A program made the translations under genes and the position numbers. The notes beneath the pieces were generated by a model. It made no database searches. It was not told where the DNA came from and saw only the letters and a list, made by a program, of their open reading frames with translations. From the NCBI GenBank assembly GCA_033345275.1, contig JAWPOF010000007.1:21760-85759 (forward strand): a stretch of DNA of 64,000 nucleotides, in the 5' to 3' direction. Origin of the DNA: Alphaproteobacteria bacterium. GTDB lineage: Bacteria; Pseudomonadota; Alphaproteobacteria; Rs-D84. Below, piece by piece: positions 1-11,556 of the stretch (within the stretch, counting starts at the first letter, position 1; every line of letters begins with the position of its first letter).

Positions 1-451
1 GATTCAAGCCCGCGAAATCAATAACGACTGGATTCTGAGCCTGGTGTTTATGTTCTGCACCCGCATAAACGTGCAGTTTTGTTAAACGCTGGTTCGCCAG
101 AGCAACCGCAGTACGACGACCCATCATGCGTTTTACAGCGTTGAAAACCAATTTTTCTGGTTTTTCGCTGCGCATCTGACCCAATGTGCGGGATTTCAAG
201 GAACCTGTCCACAAAGAGTGCCAGAAGAAACGGTCTTTGTCAGCCTTGTGACCAGACAAAGCAACCTTGTCCGCATTGATGATGATAACATGATCACCGC
301 AATCCATGTTTGGTGTCCATGTTGGCTTATGCTTGCCACGCAGGATGTTCGCGGTATATGCCGCCAAACGACCCAATGTGCAATCAGTTGCGTCAATCAG
401 ATACCATTTGGCTTCTAATTCGCACTTTTTTAACGATTTTGTCGCTGCCAT
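1..451 (-). CDS. rplM: 50S ribosomal protein L13, 3'-partial at window edge (start ATG at 449-451 on minus strand)
   Basis: Minus-strand translation MAATKSLKKCELEAKWYLIDATDCTLGRLAAYTANILRGKHKPTWTPNMDCGDHVIIINADKV... matches the conserved L13 N-terminus (WY.VDA....LGRLA...L.GKHK..YTP..D.GD.VI..NA.KV). The ORF runs off the window edge. Confidence 0.85.
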   Translation of the reverse strand, partial: MAATKSLKKCELEAKWYLIDATDCTLGRLAAYTANILRGKHKPTWTPNMDCGDHVIIINADKVALSGHKADKDRFFWHSLWTGSLKSRTLGQMRSEKPEKLVFNAVKRMMGRRTAVALANQRLTKLHVYAGAEHKHQAQNPVVIDFAGLN

Positions 452-554
452 TTTTATTTTATCCTTGTTTTTGTAAATTAAAGCGGAACCATTATGAAGC
501 AACCCCGCAGAAAAGTCAAGAAAAAACTGTATGGTATTATTGTACCATAATATT

Positions 555-2333
555 TCATTCTTGGATAAATCCCCCAGATTGCATTTTCCACAGGCGCGCG
601 TATTCGCCACCACGACGAAGCAGTGCGGAATGAGTTCCTTGCTCTATTACATGACCGTCTTTTAAGACAACAATTCTGTCCATATTGCGCAACGTTGACA
701 GACGATGCGCAATTGCTAATGTCGTGCGACCATCCGCCAGTTCGTCAAATGATTTCTGGATACAAACCTCGGTTTCAGAATCCAGGGCGGATGTGGCCTC
801 GTCTAATATCAGGATTGGTGCATTTTTCAAGAATGCGCGCGCGATTGCGACACGTTGTCGTTGCCCGCCAGACAATTTGATTCCGCGGTCGCCAACCATT
901 GAATCATATTTTTTATCCGTCCCCATAATGAAATCGTGCGCCATGGCGCGTTTTGACGCGCGACGAATTTCGGCATCCGTTGCCCCCGGTTTACCATATT
1001 CAATATTTTCACGCAGGGTGCGGTTAAACATTGTCGGTTCCTGGGGGATGAATGCGATTGATTCACGCAGAGAATCCTGGGAAACATTGCGGATGTTTTG
1101 CCCGTCAATCAAGATTTCCCCATGCGTTGGGTCATAGAAACGCATTAACAGGTTCACTAATGTGGTCTTGCCCGCCCCAGATGGCCCAACCACCCCCACA
1201 CGTTCTCCGCACTTGATTTTCAAATTAAAATTTCGCAACACCCATTTGTGTTTGTATTTAAATGACACATTGCGAAATTCGATTTCACCACAAGACACCT
1301 GCAAAGCCGGCGCGTTTGGCGCATCCATAACATCCACAGGAACAACCAATTCTTCATACGCGCGCGAAGCCGAACCCAAAGTATCTGTAATATTTGGAAT
1401 CTGATTTACAATTGCGCCGATTGTGCCCATAACTGTAAAAAATACAGAATTAGTAAACACAATTTCCGCAACCGTTATTTTGTTGTTCATGTACAGCCAC
1501 ACACACAGCAACAATGTTACGCCATAACAGATGTCCCATACAACCATAGGAAATCCCCAGAACCAGCGCTGGATATAATATTTATGTTTGTGCGCACGAA
1601 CCGCCTTTTGGCGCGAGGGTTCTAGATACGCACGTTCGCGCGAAACGCCTGCAAACAGCTTAACAATGGAAAAGTTGGAAATACTGTCTACGCTTTTCCC
1701 AGAAACTTCGCTGTTTGCGCTGCTGTAATCTTTGGCTGATTTGTTCATAGGCTTTACCATCGCCCAACTGTATGCGGCACGAAAAATAAAAACAATCCCG
1801 AACATTATCGCAACATAAGTATTTATCGAAAAAATCAACCCCATATTGACGATAATCACTGCAAACAGACAAACAATACGCCAGAAATCAACGATGGCAT
1901 CAAATCCCTTGGTGACATACAGAATCTGAGTATGAACCTTGCCCGCCATACGACCTGTCCAAAACGATATAGACTGGCTATGAACATAATCGCTGAGGTC
2001 TGTCCAAATTCGATTTGAAATTATTGGCGACCAGCGCGCATAAAAAATGCCACGTAATAAGGCGCTGATATCTATTGCCAACAACAAAGCAACTATTAAT
2101 CCAATCGTCCACAACGCATGCGACATAAAGGTTGTTCCAGCAGGCACAGGGTTTTCAAATAACGCGATGAACCAACGCTGAAAATTGGGGAACAAAACCC
2201 CATCCATAGATACAATGAAAAAGAATATCGCCCATGCAATCAACGCACCCCAAGAGCCCGGCACAGCGTATTTGAAATAAAATTTCCATAAAGATTTCGG
2301 TAAAACCGCATTTGTGTTAATAAACTTAGACAT
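555..2333 (-). CDS. ABC transporter ATP-binding/permease protein, MsbA-like lipid exporter
   Basis: 592 aa with an N-terminal six-TM region and a C-terminal NBD. Walker A GPSGAGKTT, ABC signature LSGGQRQRVAIARAF, Walker B ILILDEATSALD. Confidence 0.85.
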   Translation of the reverse strand: MSKFINTNAVLPKSLWKFYFKYAVPGSWGALIAWAIFFFIVSMDGVLFPNFQRWFIALFENPVPAGTTFMSHALWTIGLIVALLLAIDISALLRGIFYARWSPIISNRIWTDLSDYVHSQSISFWTGRMAGKVHTQILYVTKGFDAIVDFWRIVCLFAVIIVNMGLIFSINTYVAIMFGIVFIFRAAYSWAMVKPMNKSAKDYSSANSEVSGKSVDSISNFSIVKLFAGVSRERAYLEPSRQKAVRAHKHKYYIQRWFWGFPMVVWDICYGVTLLLCVWLYMNNKITVAEIVFTNSVFFTVMGTIGAIVNQIPNITDTLGSASRAYEELVVPVDVMDAPNAPALQVSCGEIEFRNVSFKYKHKWVLRNFNLKIKCGERVGVVGPSGAGKTTLVNLLMRFYDPTHGEILIDGQNIRNVSQDSLRESIAFIPQEPTMFNRTLRENIEYGKPGATDAEIRRASKRAMAHDFIMGTDKKYDSMVGDRGIKLSGGQRQRVAIARAFLKNAPILILDEATSALDSETEVCIQKSFDELADGRTTLAIAHRLSTLRNMDRIVVLKDGHVIEQGTHSALLRRGGEYARLWKMQSGGFIQE

Positions 2334-2386
2334 AGAACACTTCCCCCACTTAGAGCAGTATCGTTTATTTTAATAAATTTTTCAAC

Positions 2387-4198
2387 TTATTTCCCGACAA
2401 TAATTTTCCGGAATATTTCAGCGGGGATTGTGCCACCCGTAATAGATGAATCCATGGGGGAAAAATCGTCGTTCCCCATCCATACACCGATTACCAAATC
2501 ACGTGTTGCGCCAACAAACCAGGCATCACGATTTTCATTACTGGTGCCTGTTTTTCCGCCCAACACTCCGTCTGTATATGCGCGACCACCTGTCCCGCCG
2601 GGGGCAACTACATCTGTCAACATCCTGGTCATAGATTCTACGGTTGCGGGCTGTAATATCATAATTGAGTCTGATGGATTCCGTTCATAAATCACATTTC
2701 CCGACATGTCTGTTATTTTTGTAATAGAATAGGGACGTACCGATTGCCCATTATTCCAAATAACCGCATAAATATTGGTCAGGTCCAGCAAACTCATTTC
2801 CGATGCGCCCAGAACAGTTGAATATTCGCGACGCAACTTGGTACCGACGCCCAATCTGCCCGCCATGGACAGTACAGAATCTATGCCATATTGTTCGGTT
2901 AATTTCAAAGGCACCGAATTTACGCTTTTTGCAAATGCCGTTGCCAATGTAATATCTCCATAATATTTTCCGTTATAGTTTGTCGGGTTATAATCGCCAA
3001 TTGCAAAGGGTGAATCATTTACTGCGCTGTCGGGCAACAAGCCATTTTCCAATGCCACCAGATACACCACAGGTTTAAAAGCACTGCCCGGTTGTCGGTC
3101 GGCTGTGACACGATTAAATTGACTGGCTTGATAATTTGTTCCGCCAGACATGGCGCGTATCGCCCCGTCAGATTCCAGTGCGACCACTGCCCCCTGGTAT
3201 GGGGCGACGCTGTCAGATAAAGTTGCGGCAACATGGTCCTGTAATTGCATATCCAATGTGGTATACACGTACATATCTGACTCAAACGTACCGATTGTGG
3301 ATTTTAATTCATCCATTACATAGTCTGTCCAATATCGATACAGATTTGTATTTGTTGGTCCTGTGGCTGCTTGTAATGACTGCGCAGCCAGTCGTGCTTG
3401 ATTAATTGTTATATACCCTTGTCGCACCATCTGGGTCAAAACAGTGCGCGCGCGCGTGATATTTTTATTTGGATTCCTCAAAGGGCTGTATGTCGTTGGT
3501 GCTTTTAACATAGCGGCAATTTGCGCTGCCTGACCAATCGATAACTTTTCGGCGGGTACATTAAACAGTGTGCGCGCCGCGGCATCAATACCGCGCAATC
3601 CGCCAACCAGCGACACTCGGTTCATATACAAATCCAGAATTTGATTTTTATCAAAACGATTTTCCAACCAATACGACAAAATCAGTTCTTGGACCTTGCG
3701 TGAAATCTTTTTTTCACGCGATAAAAATATATTTTTTGCCGTTTGCTGAGTAATGGTGGAACCGCCCGACGCCACGCGACCAGACACCAGATTGCCAAAG
3801 ACCGCCCGTGTTATACCACGCATATCAATCGGACCGTGTTGGAAAAATCGTTTGTCTTCGATGGCAACAATTGCCTGCCATACATGGGGTGGCAAAGTTT
3901 CAACAGACACAGGCGTGCCCATAATGCGGTTCGTGCTGCGGATTTCGTTGCCGTCCCGGTCCAGAAACACAACCGCTGCATCGCGCGTTTCATTCAAAAT
4001 TGCATCCAATGACGGCATACGCAGGTAAATTACCGCAACATAACCCGCAACTGCAACACAGGCCAATAAAAACAAATTAAAACACCACACCAACAACCGC
4101 CGCCTTAGTGACGGCTTGGGCGTATCGTTTTCAAGATTTTTATTTGCACGTTTTTGCGCCACGTTCCCTCCTCGATACAGGAATTTTAGCATAAACAA
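2387..4198 (-). CDS. mrcA: Class A penicillin-binding protein (transglycosylase plus transpeptidase), compact PBP1A-family
   Basis: N-terminal TM then GT51 motifs (EDKRFFQHGPID, GGSTITQQ). Transpeptidase motifs SAFKP (SxxK), SVN and KTGT. 603 aa is short for PBP1A but all motifs are present. Confidence 0.8.
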   Translation of the reverse strand: MFMLKFLYRGGNVAQKRANKNLENDTPKPSLRRRLLVWCFNLFLLACVAVAGYVAVIYLRMPSLDAILNETRDAAVVFLDRDGNEIRSTNRIMGTPVSVETLPPHVWQAIVAIEDKRFFQHGPIDMRGITRAVFGNLVSGRVASGGSTITQQTAKNIFLSREKKISRKVQELILSYWLENRFDKNQILDLYMNRVSLVGGLRGIDAAARTLFNVPAEKLSIGQAAQIAAMLKAPTTYSPLRNPNKNITRARTVLTQMVRQGYITINQARLAAQSLQAATGPTNTNLYRYWTDYVMDELKSTIGTFESDMYVYTTLDMQLQDHVAATLSDSVAPYQGAVVALESDGAIRAMSGGTNYQASQFNRVTADRQPGSAFKPVVYLVALENGLLPDSAVNDSPFAIGDYNPTNYNGKYYGDITLATAFAKSVNSVPLKLTEQYGIDSVLSMAGRLGVGTKLRREYSTVLGASEMSLLDLTNIYAVIWNNGQSVRPYSITKITDMSGNVIYERNPSDSIMILQPATVESMTRMLTDVVAPGGTGGRAYTDGVLGGKTGTSNENRDAWFVGATRDLVIGVWMGNDDFSPMDSSITGGTIPAEIFRKIIVGK

Positions 4199-4256
4199 CT
4201 TGCGTTTTGCAAAAGATTATATTTATAATCTTAACACATAACAAGGGATATAAAAT

Positions 4257-4910
4257 ATGAAAAAATTAGCATTTGTTCTGGCGATAACTATGGCTGCCCC
4301 AGCGGTCGCAAATGACTATTGGGATGAATACGACTATGACTATGATTCTGATGCAGCGACACAAATGAATATCAGACGCGATACATATGTTGGTTTTCGG
4401 TTGCATAAAAACGAAAGTCTTGCGTTTGAATACGATGTACATGGTGGCAACGACACAAATGTCAGCAAAGACAACTGGGGCTTTGGTGTGGTTGTTGGTA
4501 ATCGGCTCAGCGACCATGTAAAAATTGAATATGAAACAATGTACACAGGGATAAGCCAAACAAAATATGCTACTTCGTATGATTTTGATATATGGGCAAA
4601 TATGCTGAACACCTATTTGTTTTACGAATTTGACAAAGCGATTGCCCCGTATGCAGGGTTGGGTATCGGTTTTTCCAGTATTTGGGGCGCTGTCTCAGTC
4701 CCAGGCACATCAGATTATGCATTTGATTTATCGTACAGCGCAATGCTGGGTGTAAACTTTGCATTAAACGACAGGGTGGATTTGAATCTGGGGGTCAAGT
4801 ATCAATATTATGGTCGGGTTGCTCACAAATTTAATGACGAAGAATTTGCGGTCACAGACATCGATTCCACAGAATTCTACTTTGGTGCGGTATATAAATT
4901 TGGATTGTAA
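4257..4910 (+). CDS. Outer-membrane beta-barrel protein (OmpA/opacity-like 8-strand barrel family)
   Basis: Signal peptide MKKLAFVLAITMAAPAVA, alternating amphipathic strands, aromatic C-terminus YKFGL typical of OMP beta-barrels. Confidence 0.6.
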   Translation: MKKLAFVLAITMAAPAVANDYWDEYDYDYDSDAATQMNIRRDTYVGFRLHKNESLAFEYDVHGGNDTNVSKDNWGFGVVVGNRLSDHVKIEYETMYTGISQTKYATSYDFDIWANMLNTYLFYEFDKAIAPYAGLGIGFSSIWGAVSVPGTSDYAFDLSYSAMLGVNFALNDRVDLNLGVKYQYYGRVAHKFNDEEFAVTDIDSTEFYFGAVYKFGL

Positions 4911-6947
<2,037 letters not shown>

Positions 6948-6950
<3 letters not shown>

Positions 6951-6977
6951 AAATCCCGCAAATGCGGGATTTTTTGT
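6948..6977. terminator. Bidirectional rho-independent terminator between convergent ligA and ackA
   Basis: Hairpin aaaatcccgcaaatgcgggatttttt flanked by A-run and T-run. Confidence 0.75.
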
Positions 6978-7007
6978 CTTGCTAAATTATTTGCTGCCAG
7001 TTTTAGC

Positions 7008-8261
7008 TCAGGATTTTTGTTTTTGTGCAAAACTGTAATCCATCATTAAATGATTTGGATTGTATTTTTTATTCATGATTGCCAAAGTATCTTCAACGAT
7101 TACCAATTCTTCGTTTGTTGGAATCATAAACAGTTTAACAGGACTGTCAGGTGTGCTGATGACGGTTTCACCTGCACCCTTTCTCGCAAGGGTTTCATTG
7201 TTCTTTTTAGTATCCAGCTTAATACCGATGTTTTCCAATCCTTCGCAGAATTTACCACGCAGATATTCATCGTTTTCACCAACGCCAGCGGTGAATACAA
7301 CTGCGTCAACACGTCCCAGTTCCGCCATGAATGCACCAATATATTTTTTTACATTGTGCACTTCCATATCAATGGCCAGACGGCAAGAATCATTTGTTGT
7401 TTTGTTTTCTTCTACATCACGACGGTCGGCAAAACATTCGGTTACCCCCTTCAGCCCTGAATCCTTGCTTAGATGTGTTTGCATTTGAGCTGGTGACAGT
7501 TTCAATTGTTCCATTACGTACAGAACAACCCCAGGGTCTAAATCCCCTGGACGTGTACCCATCGTCAAACCTGCCAACGGTGTCATCCCCAACGAAGTAT
7601 CAACCGATACACCATTGCGTATCGCAGTTGCAGATGCGCCCGAACCAATATGCATTGTAATCAAATTACACTGGTCAGCCGGTTTGCCTAACATTGCGGC
7701 CGCACGTTTTGACACGTACAGGTGACTGGTGCCATGAAAACCATATTTGCGTACACCCAATTCTGTATACCAGGCACGTGGCACCGCATAGCGATACGCA
7801 TAGTCTGGCATTGTCTGGTGGAACGCGGTGTCAAATACAGCAACCTGTTTCGCGTTTGGTAACAACTGTTTTGCGGTCATAATCCCACGCAATGCAGGTG
7901 GGTTATGCAACGGTGCCAGGGGCGATAATTTATCAATTGTCTTGATAACTTCGTCTGTGATTTCAACAGACGAGGCAAATTTATCGCCGCCCATAACGAC
8001 ACGATGACCGACACCGCCGATTTCATTCAGATCAATTGAAGCATCGCGCAACATGAACAAGACCACGTTTAATGCCTCGTCATGATTTTTCATGGATGTT
8101 TCTTTTTTTTGTTTAGTGCCGTCTGGGTATTTCTGGGTAACGAAAGAATCTGGCAAACCAATCTTTTCAACGTTACCGCCAACAATCGCCGTTTTGGAAT
8201 CTGCGTCAAAGACCTGATATTTCAGGGACGAAGAACCACAATTCAGTGCAAGTATATACAT
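7008..8261 (-). CDS. ackA: Acetate kinase (probable start at internal Met, MYILALNCGSSSLKYQVF)
   Basis: Conserved N-terminus LNCGSSS.KYQ, plus VGHRVVMGG, HNPPALRGI, AVFDTAFHQTMP motifs. Track ORF extends to 8348 but the family alignment supports the start at 8261. Confidence 0.9.
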   Translation of the reverse strand: MYILALNCGSSSLKYQVFDADSKTAIVGGNVEKIGLPDSFVTQKYPDGTKQKKETSMKNHDEALNVVLFMLRDASIDLNEIGGVGHRVVMGGDKFASSVEITDEVIKTIDKLSPLAPLHNPPALRGIMTAKQLLPNAKQVAVFDTAFHQTMPDYAYRYAVPRAWYTELGVRKYGFHGTSHLYVSKRAAAMLGKPADQCNLITMHIGSGASATAIRNGVSVDTSLGMTPLAGLTMGTRPGDLDPGVVLYVMEQLKLSPAQMQTHLSKDSGLKGVTECFADRRDVEENKTTNDSCRLAIDMEVHNVKKYIGAFMAELGRVDAVVFTAGVGENDEYLRGKFCEGLENIGIKLDTKKNNETLARKGAGETVISTPDSPVKLFMIPTNEELVIVEDTLAIMNKKYNPNHLMMDYSFAQKQKS

Positions 8262-8317
8262 AATAAAATCCTTTTTTTCTTCTTCGGCGGTCAGCATAGC
8301 AATGTTTTTTATATATT

Positions 8318-8890
8318 TCAATAATAAACTCGGAATAAAATGCGCCAATTTTCATCCGTCAATTCAGTCTTGTTCCCTGTATCGCGGTGCGCCGTCCAGT
8401 ATGTTTGTGTTCCAACCATCAGGCGCACATTTAATTCATTGATATTAAAGAAATAATTTACCAACGGGGACGCGTATTCGCCGATTCCAAACGCGCAGAC
8501 TTCATCGCCGGCAACATATCCCGCTTCGTCATTTTGGCAAACCAATGTCACGCGCACCATAGTTGGCATTTTGTCGCCACTAAATGCGCAGTTCACATAT
8601 GCGGTTTCGCTGTTCATTGGTACCATGTCCGATTCAACAATTGTAAATGGCGCAGGTGCGTGTTTAGCAAATAAATCCGTCCAAAATTCATCAGAAACCT
8701 CTGTTATATCAAATGTACCGGCGTTGGTTGCCGCGTCGTCTGCGCGTTGCAGGGCAAATCCGCCCAGTGTTTGCCCGTCGTGAACGCGCAACGTCTTGGC
8801 GTCTATATCCATTGTGATTTCGCCGGGCATACCGGTGAAACCGTCGTTTTGCGCGGTGGTGCCGCGACGCAATTGTAAAACACGTGTCAT
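8318..8890 (-). CDS. Phage tail-fibre/Mtd N-terminal-domain-like protein (orphan, 190 aa)
   Basis: N-terminus MTRVLQLRRGTTAQNDGFTGMPGEITMDIDAKTLRVHDGQTLGGFAL closely resembles, from memory, the N-terminus of Bordetella phage BPP-1 Mtd (MSTAVQFRGGTTAQHATFTGAAREITVDTDKNTVVVHDGATAGGFPL). This motif is also found in many tail-fibre proteins. The rest of the protein is short and unassigned. Confidence 0.5.
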   Translation of the reverse strand: MTRVLQLRRGTTAQNDGFTGMPGEITMDIDAKTLRVHDGQTLGGFALQRADDAATNAGTFDITEVSDEFWTDLFAKHAPAPFTIVESDMVPMNSETAYVNCAFSGDKMPTMVRVTLVCQNDEAGYVAGDEVCAFGIGEYASPLVNYFFNINELNVRLMVGTQTYWTAHRDTGNKTELTDENWRILFRVYY

Positions 8891-9012
8891 AACTAATCCT
8901 TTTGATTTTCATGAAAATAAAAAATCCCCACCACACAGGGCAGGGCACAAAAAACAAACGCCATCGTTCCCGATGACGCATGTTTACATTATATCACAAA
9001 TCGCAGAAAAAA

Positions 9013-11499
9013 TCAAGCTGCATATGAATAGCCCGACAAATAATCAGAAATGATTGTTTGCTTTTGCCCATCAAATTTTTCCTGGGCATTACCAGCCTTA
9101 ATCGGTTTCCAGTTATACATTTTACCCATGTGCGTGTTGCGACCTGTTTCCAGCATGTCCCAATATGCCATCAGTTCCATGAATTTATCTTTGTGGTCTT
9201 CGTCCCACTTGTCCATAACCTCGTTGCGTTTTGATATACGTTCGTTGATTTCTTCGATACTTTTGGTCGCGTTTTCCCACTTATTTATTCGATCTGTTTG
9301 TGCATTATTTCGATCAACCGTGTCATTATAGTTTTGCAATTCTTGTTCATATTGTTGCCCCATCTGTTGATCGGTTGCCCAATTTGGATTGCGCGTTATT
9401 TGTGCCAATTCGTTTGGAATCGCCTGTAATCTTTGTTGAATTTGCGCCAATTGATTCGCGTATTGGATTTTTTCATTAATCAATTCATGATTGCGCATAT
9501 CTATTTCCTGCTGGGAAGCACCAGGAATGTTTTGATTTTGTTGAATCTGAGCATCTAAATTTGCGATTTGTTGACTGATAGCCAGAACATTTTGATTAAG
9601 TGAATTCTGTTCCTGAATTAATTTATGATGGTTGTTATAGCGCTGAATCGCAGGATCTTTGGCGCGCTGGTCCAGGCGGGCTTTTTCTGCGCTCTCGGCG
9701 GTTCTGGCGTTCTCTAAATTTGTTTTTTGCTGTTTAAAGTTCACATCGGTAATAACCTGTTGACCGGGTTGCAAATTCTGATTTACATCATTTTTATTTT
9801 GGTTTTCTTGTTGAATTAATGTTTGGTCCTGGGCATTCATTGCGTTACGTCGCGCGTCCGCCGCCGCCCTGTCGGCTGAGTTTTGTGTTTCCCATTCGGA
9901 CTGTTTCTTTCCCAAGCGACCGCGGTGCCCCTTAAACTTGCTGCCCGACAGGTTGATTGCATTACCAACCATTGTGATACCATATCCGATACCCATAAAC
10001 GCGGTTTTAATACTTTTGTCCAGCGCCTTGGTAACAACTGCCATCCCCTCGTTTTTATTCCATGATAATTTGCCGTCTGAAAAGATGCTTAACTTTTCCT
10101 TGCCCATGGCATCCATGATCTTGCTGGTGGTATATCCGTATTTAATGACAGACAAAACCTCCATCGCAGTTTTAGCTTCATCCACCTTGCCATCACGGAC
10201 GGCAATCATAATCATCTCTTCGATAATTGCATGCATTTGGCGACCGTTGCGCAAGGCACCTTCGAACGCCTTGGGCATCGTGTTGGACAGCTCCCCCATG
10301 GTCTTTGCGAACCATTTGAAATGGTCGGTCGCCTTGGGCGATTTATACAATAACCCCTTTTCTATATCGCTCGCCTTGTCCAGAACGCCCTTAATCCCGT
10401 CAGTTGGTTTTACCTTAGCCTTGTGTATTGCGGCGACGATATTTTTTGCATTAGGCGAAAAATACAGCCGATCGCCCTTGAACTTTACATACTTTTCAAA
10501 TACATCTGCATATGTTTCATCCGCCCACTTGGAAACCTGTTGCCATGGGGTCAGTTTATCATCACGCTTTGGCGGGATATAATCTTTGCTGTTTTGGTCA
10601 TCATAGCCTGTCAGTTCTTTGGCGCGATCAAACGCAGTTCTTATCTTGTCGCTGGGGAATGCATCACGTGTTTTTTCTTCGCTGTACAGCCTGCGCAAGA
10701 TAATATCATACTCGCCATTTTTGAAATTAAGAAATTCCGCACTGCTTGCCAGATTAGTATCATCGTCTTCAAACCCAGATGAAATCTTGTCAAAATCACA
10801 ACCCTTAAAATCAATGGACACTAGCTCGGTTGTACTGGTACGGTAATAATCAAGATATTCAACCAGGTCTTTGAGTTGTTTTTGCAGTGTGGGATCGCTG
10901 TCGTATTTATATTTGCCGTCTTTTTCAGTAATTCCGCTTACCAGATTATCATAATCAATCAAGTTGTTTCTTGTCAAAAACACCCTGAAAAATCTTTCAT
11001 TATTTACGATAACGTCGCGCAACTTGGCAATTTCTAGTTTAGCATCTGGCTTTGCTTTTGTTGAATTGAATAATTTGCCCGCACCAAAATAATCATCCAA
11101 GAAATTTAGTGCCTTGTCGTTCTTGCCACCAAAATCAATTAAGCCTTCTAATTTCTTTTTATTCGCAGCCAATGCACGGAATGCACTGCGGAACTCTTTA
11201 AAGAATTTAATCCATTCTTCTTCCGTCAGATGAAAATCTGGACCATTTGGGTCCGGTAATGGCTTGGATTCCCAGTTGCCTTTAACCTGATGCATCAGGC
11301 TGTTGCGCCAGTCCTTCATGTGTCCACGAAAATCATCCTTGCCCAGATATTCCTGGTATTTTGCCATAACTTCAGCAGGCATCTTTTTTATACGCAACTG
11401 CATAAAGTATTGTAATAAAAAATTTTCCATTGACACATCGGCCATATTTGCACCTTTATCTATCCCATTTATTATAGTGCAAATTGCGGGGAATTTCAA
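9013..11499 (-). CDS. Large hypothetical protein with C-terminal Gln/Asn-rich coiled-coil region (possible secreted effector or phage-derived structural protein)
   Basis: 828-aa ORF (alternative start MADVSMENF at ~11448). The C-terminal ~270 aa is heptad-like and Q/N-rich (QQIANLDAQIQQNQN..., LAQIQQRLQAIPNELAQI). No recognisable enzymatic motif. Confidence 0.4.
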   Translation of the reverse strand: MKFPAICTIINGIDKGANMADVSMENFLLQYFMQLRIKKMPAEVMAKYQEYLGKDDFRGHMKDWRNSLMHQVKGNWESKPLPDPNGPDFHLTEEEWIKFFKEFRSAFRALAANKKKLEGLIDFGGKNDKALNFLDDYFGAGKLFNSTKAKPDAKLEIAKLRDVIVNNERFFRVFLTRNNLIDYDNLVSGITEKDGKYKYDSDPTLQKQLKDLVEYLDYYRTSTTELVSIDFKGCDFDKISSGFEDDDTNLASSAEFLNFKNGEYDIILRRLYSEEKTRDAFPSDKIRTAFDRAKELTGYDDQNSKDYIPPKRDDKLTPWQQVSKWADETYADVFEKYVKFKGDRLYFSPNAKNIVAAIHKAKVKPTDGIKGVLDKASDIEKGLLYKSPKATDHFKWFAKTMGELSNTMPKAFEGALRNGRQMHAIIEEMIMIAVRDGKVDEAKTAMEVLSVIKYGYTTSKIMDAMGKEKLSIFSDGKLSWNKNEGMAVVTKALDKSIKTAFMGIGYGITMVGNAINLSGSKFKGHRGRLGKKQSEWETQNSADRAAADARRNAMNAQDQTLIQQENQNKNDVNQNLQPGQQVITDVNFKQQKTNLENARTAESAEKARLDQRAKDPAIQRYNNHHKLIQEQNSLNQNVLAISQQIANLDAQIQQNQNIPGASQQEIDMRNHELINEKIQYANQLAQIQQRLQAIPNELAQITRNPNWATDQQMGQQYEQELQNYNDTVDRNNAQTDRINKWENATKSIEEINERISKRNEVMDKWDEDHKDKFMELMAYWDMLETGRNTHMGKMYNWKPIKAGNAQEKFDGQKQTIISDYLSGYSYAA

Positions 11500-11556
11500 T
11501 ATTTACTGTACTTTTTTATGAGATTTTGCTTATAATTTCCTCCAAAGGATGGGATT

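Noticed and set aside
8318-11499. Diversity-generating retroelement (Mtd-like target gene)
   Set aside because: No reverse-transcriptase ORF (no YxDD motif protein) anywhere in the window. No C-type-lectin variable region. No TR/VR near-repeat pair could be seen. Only the N-terminal fibre domain is present.
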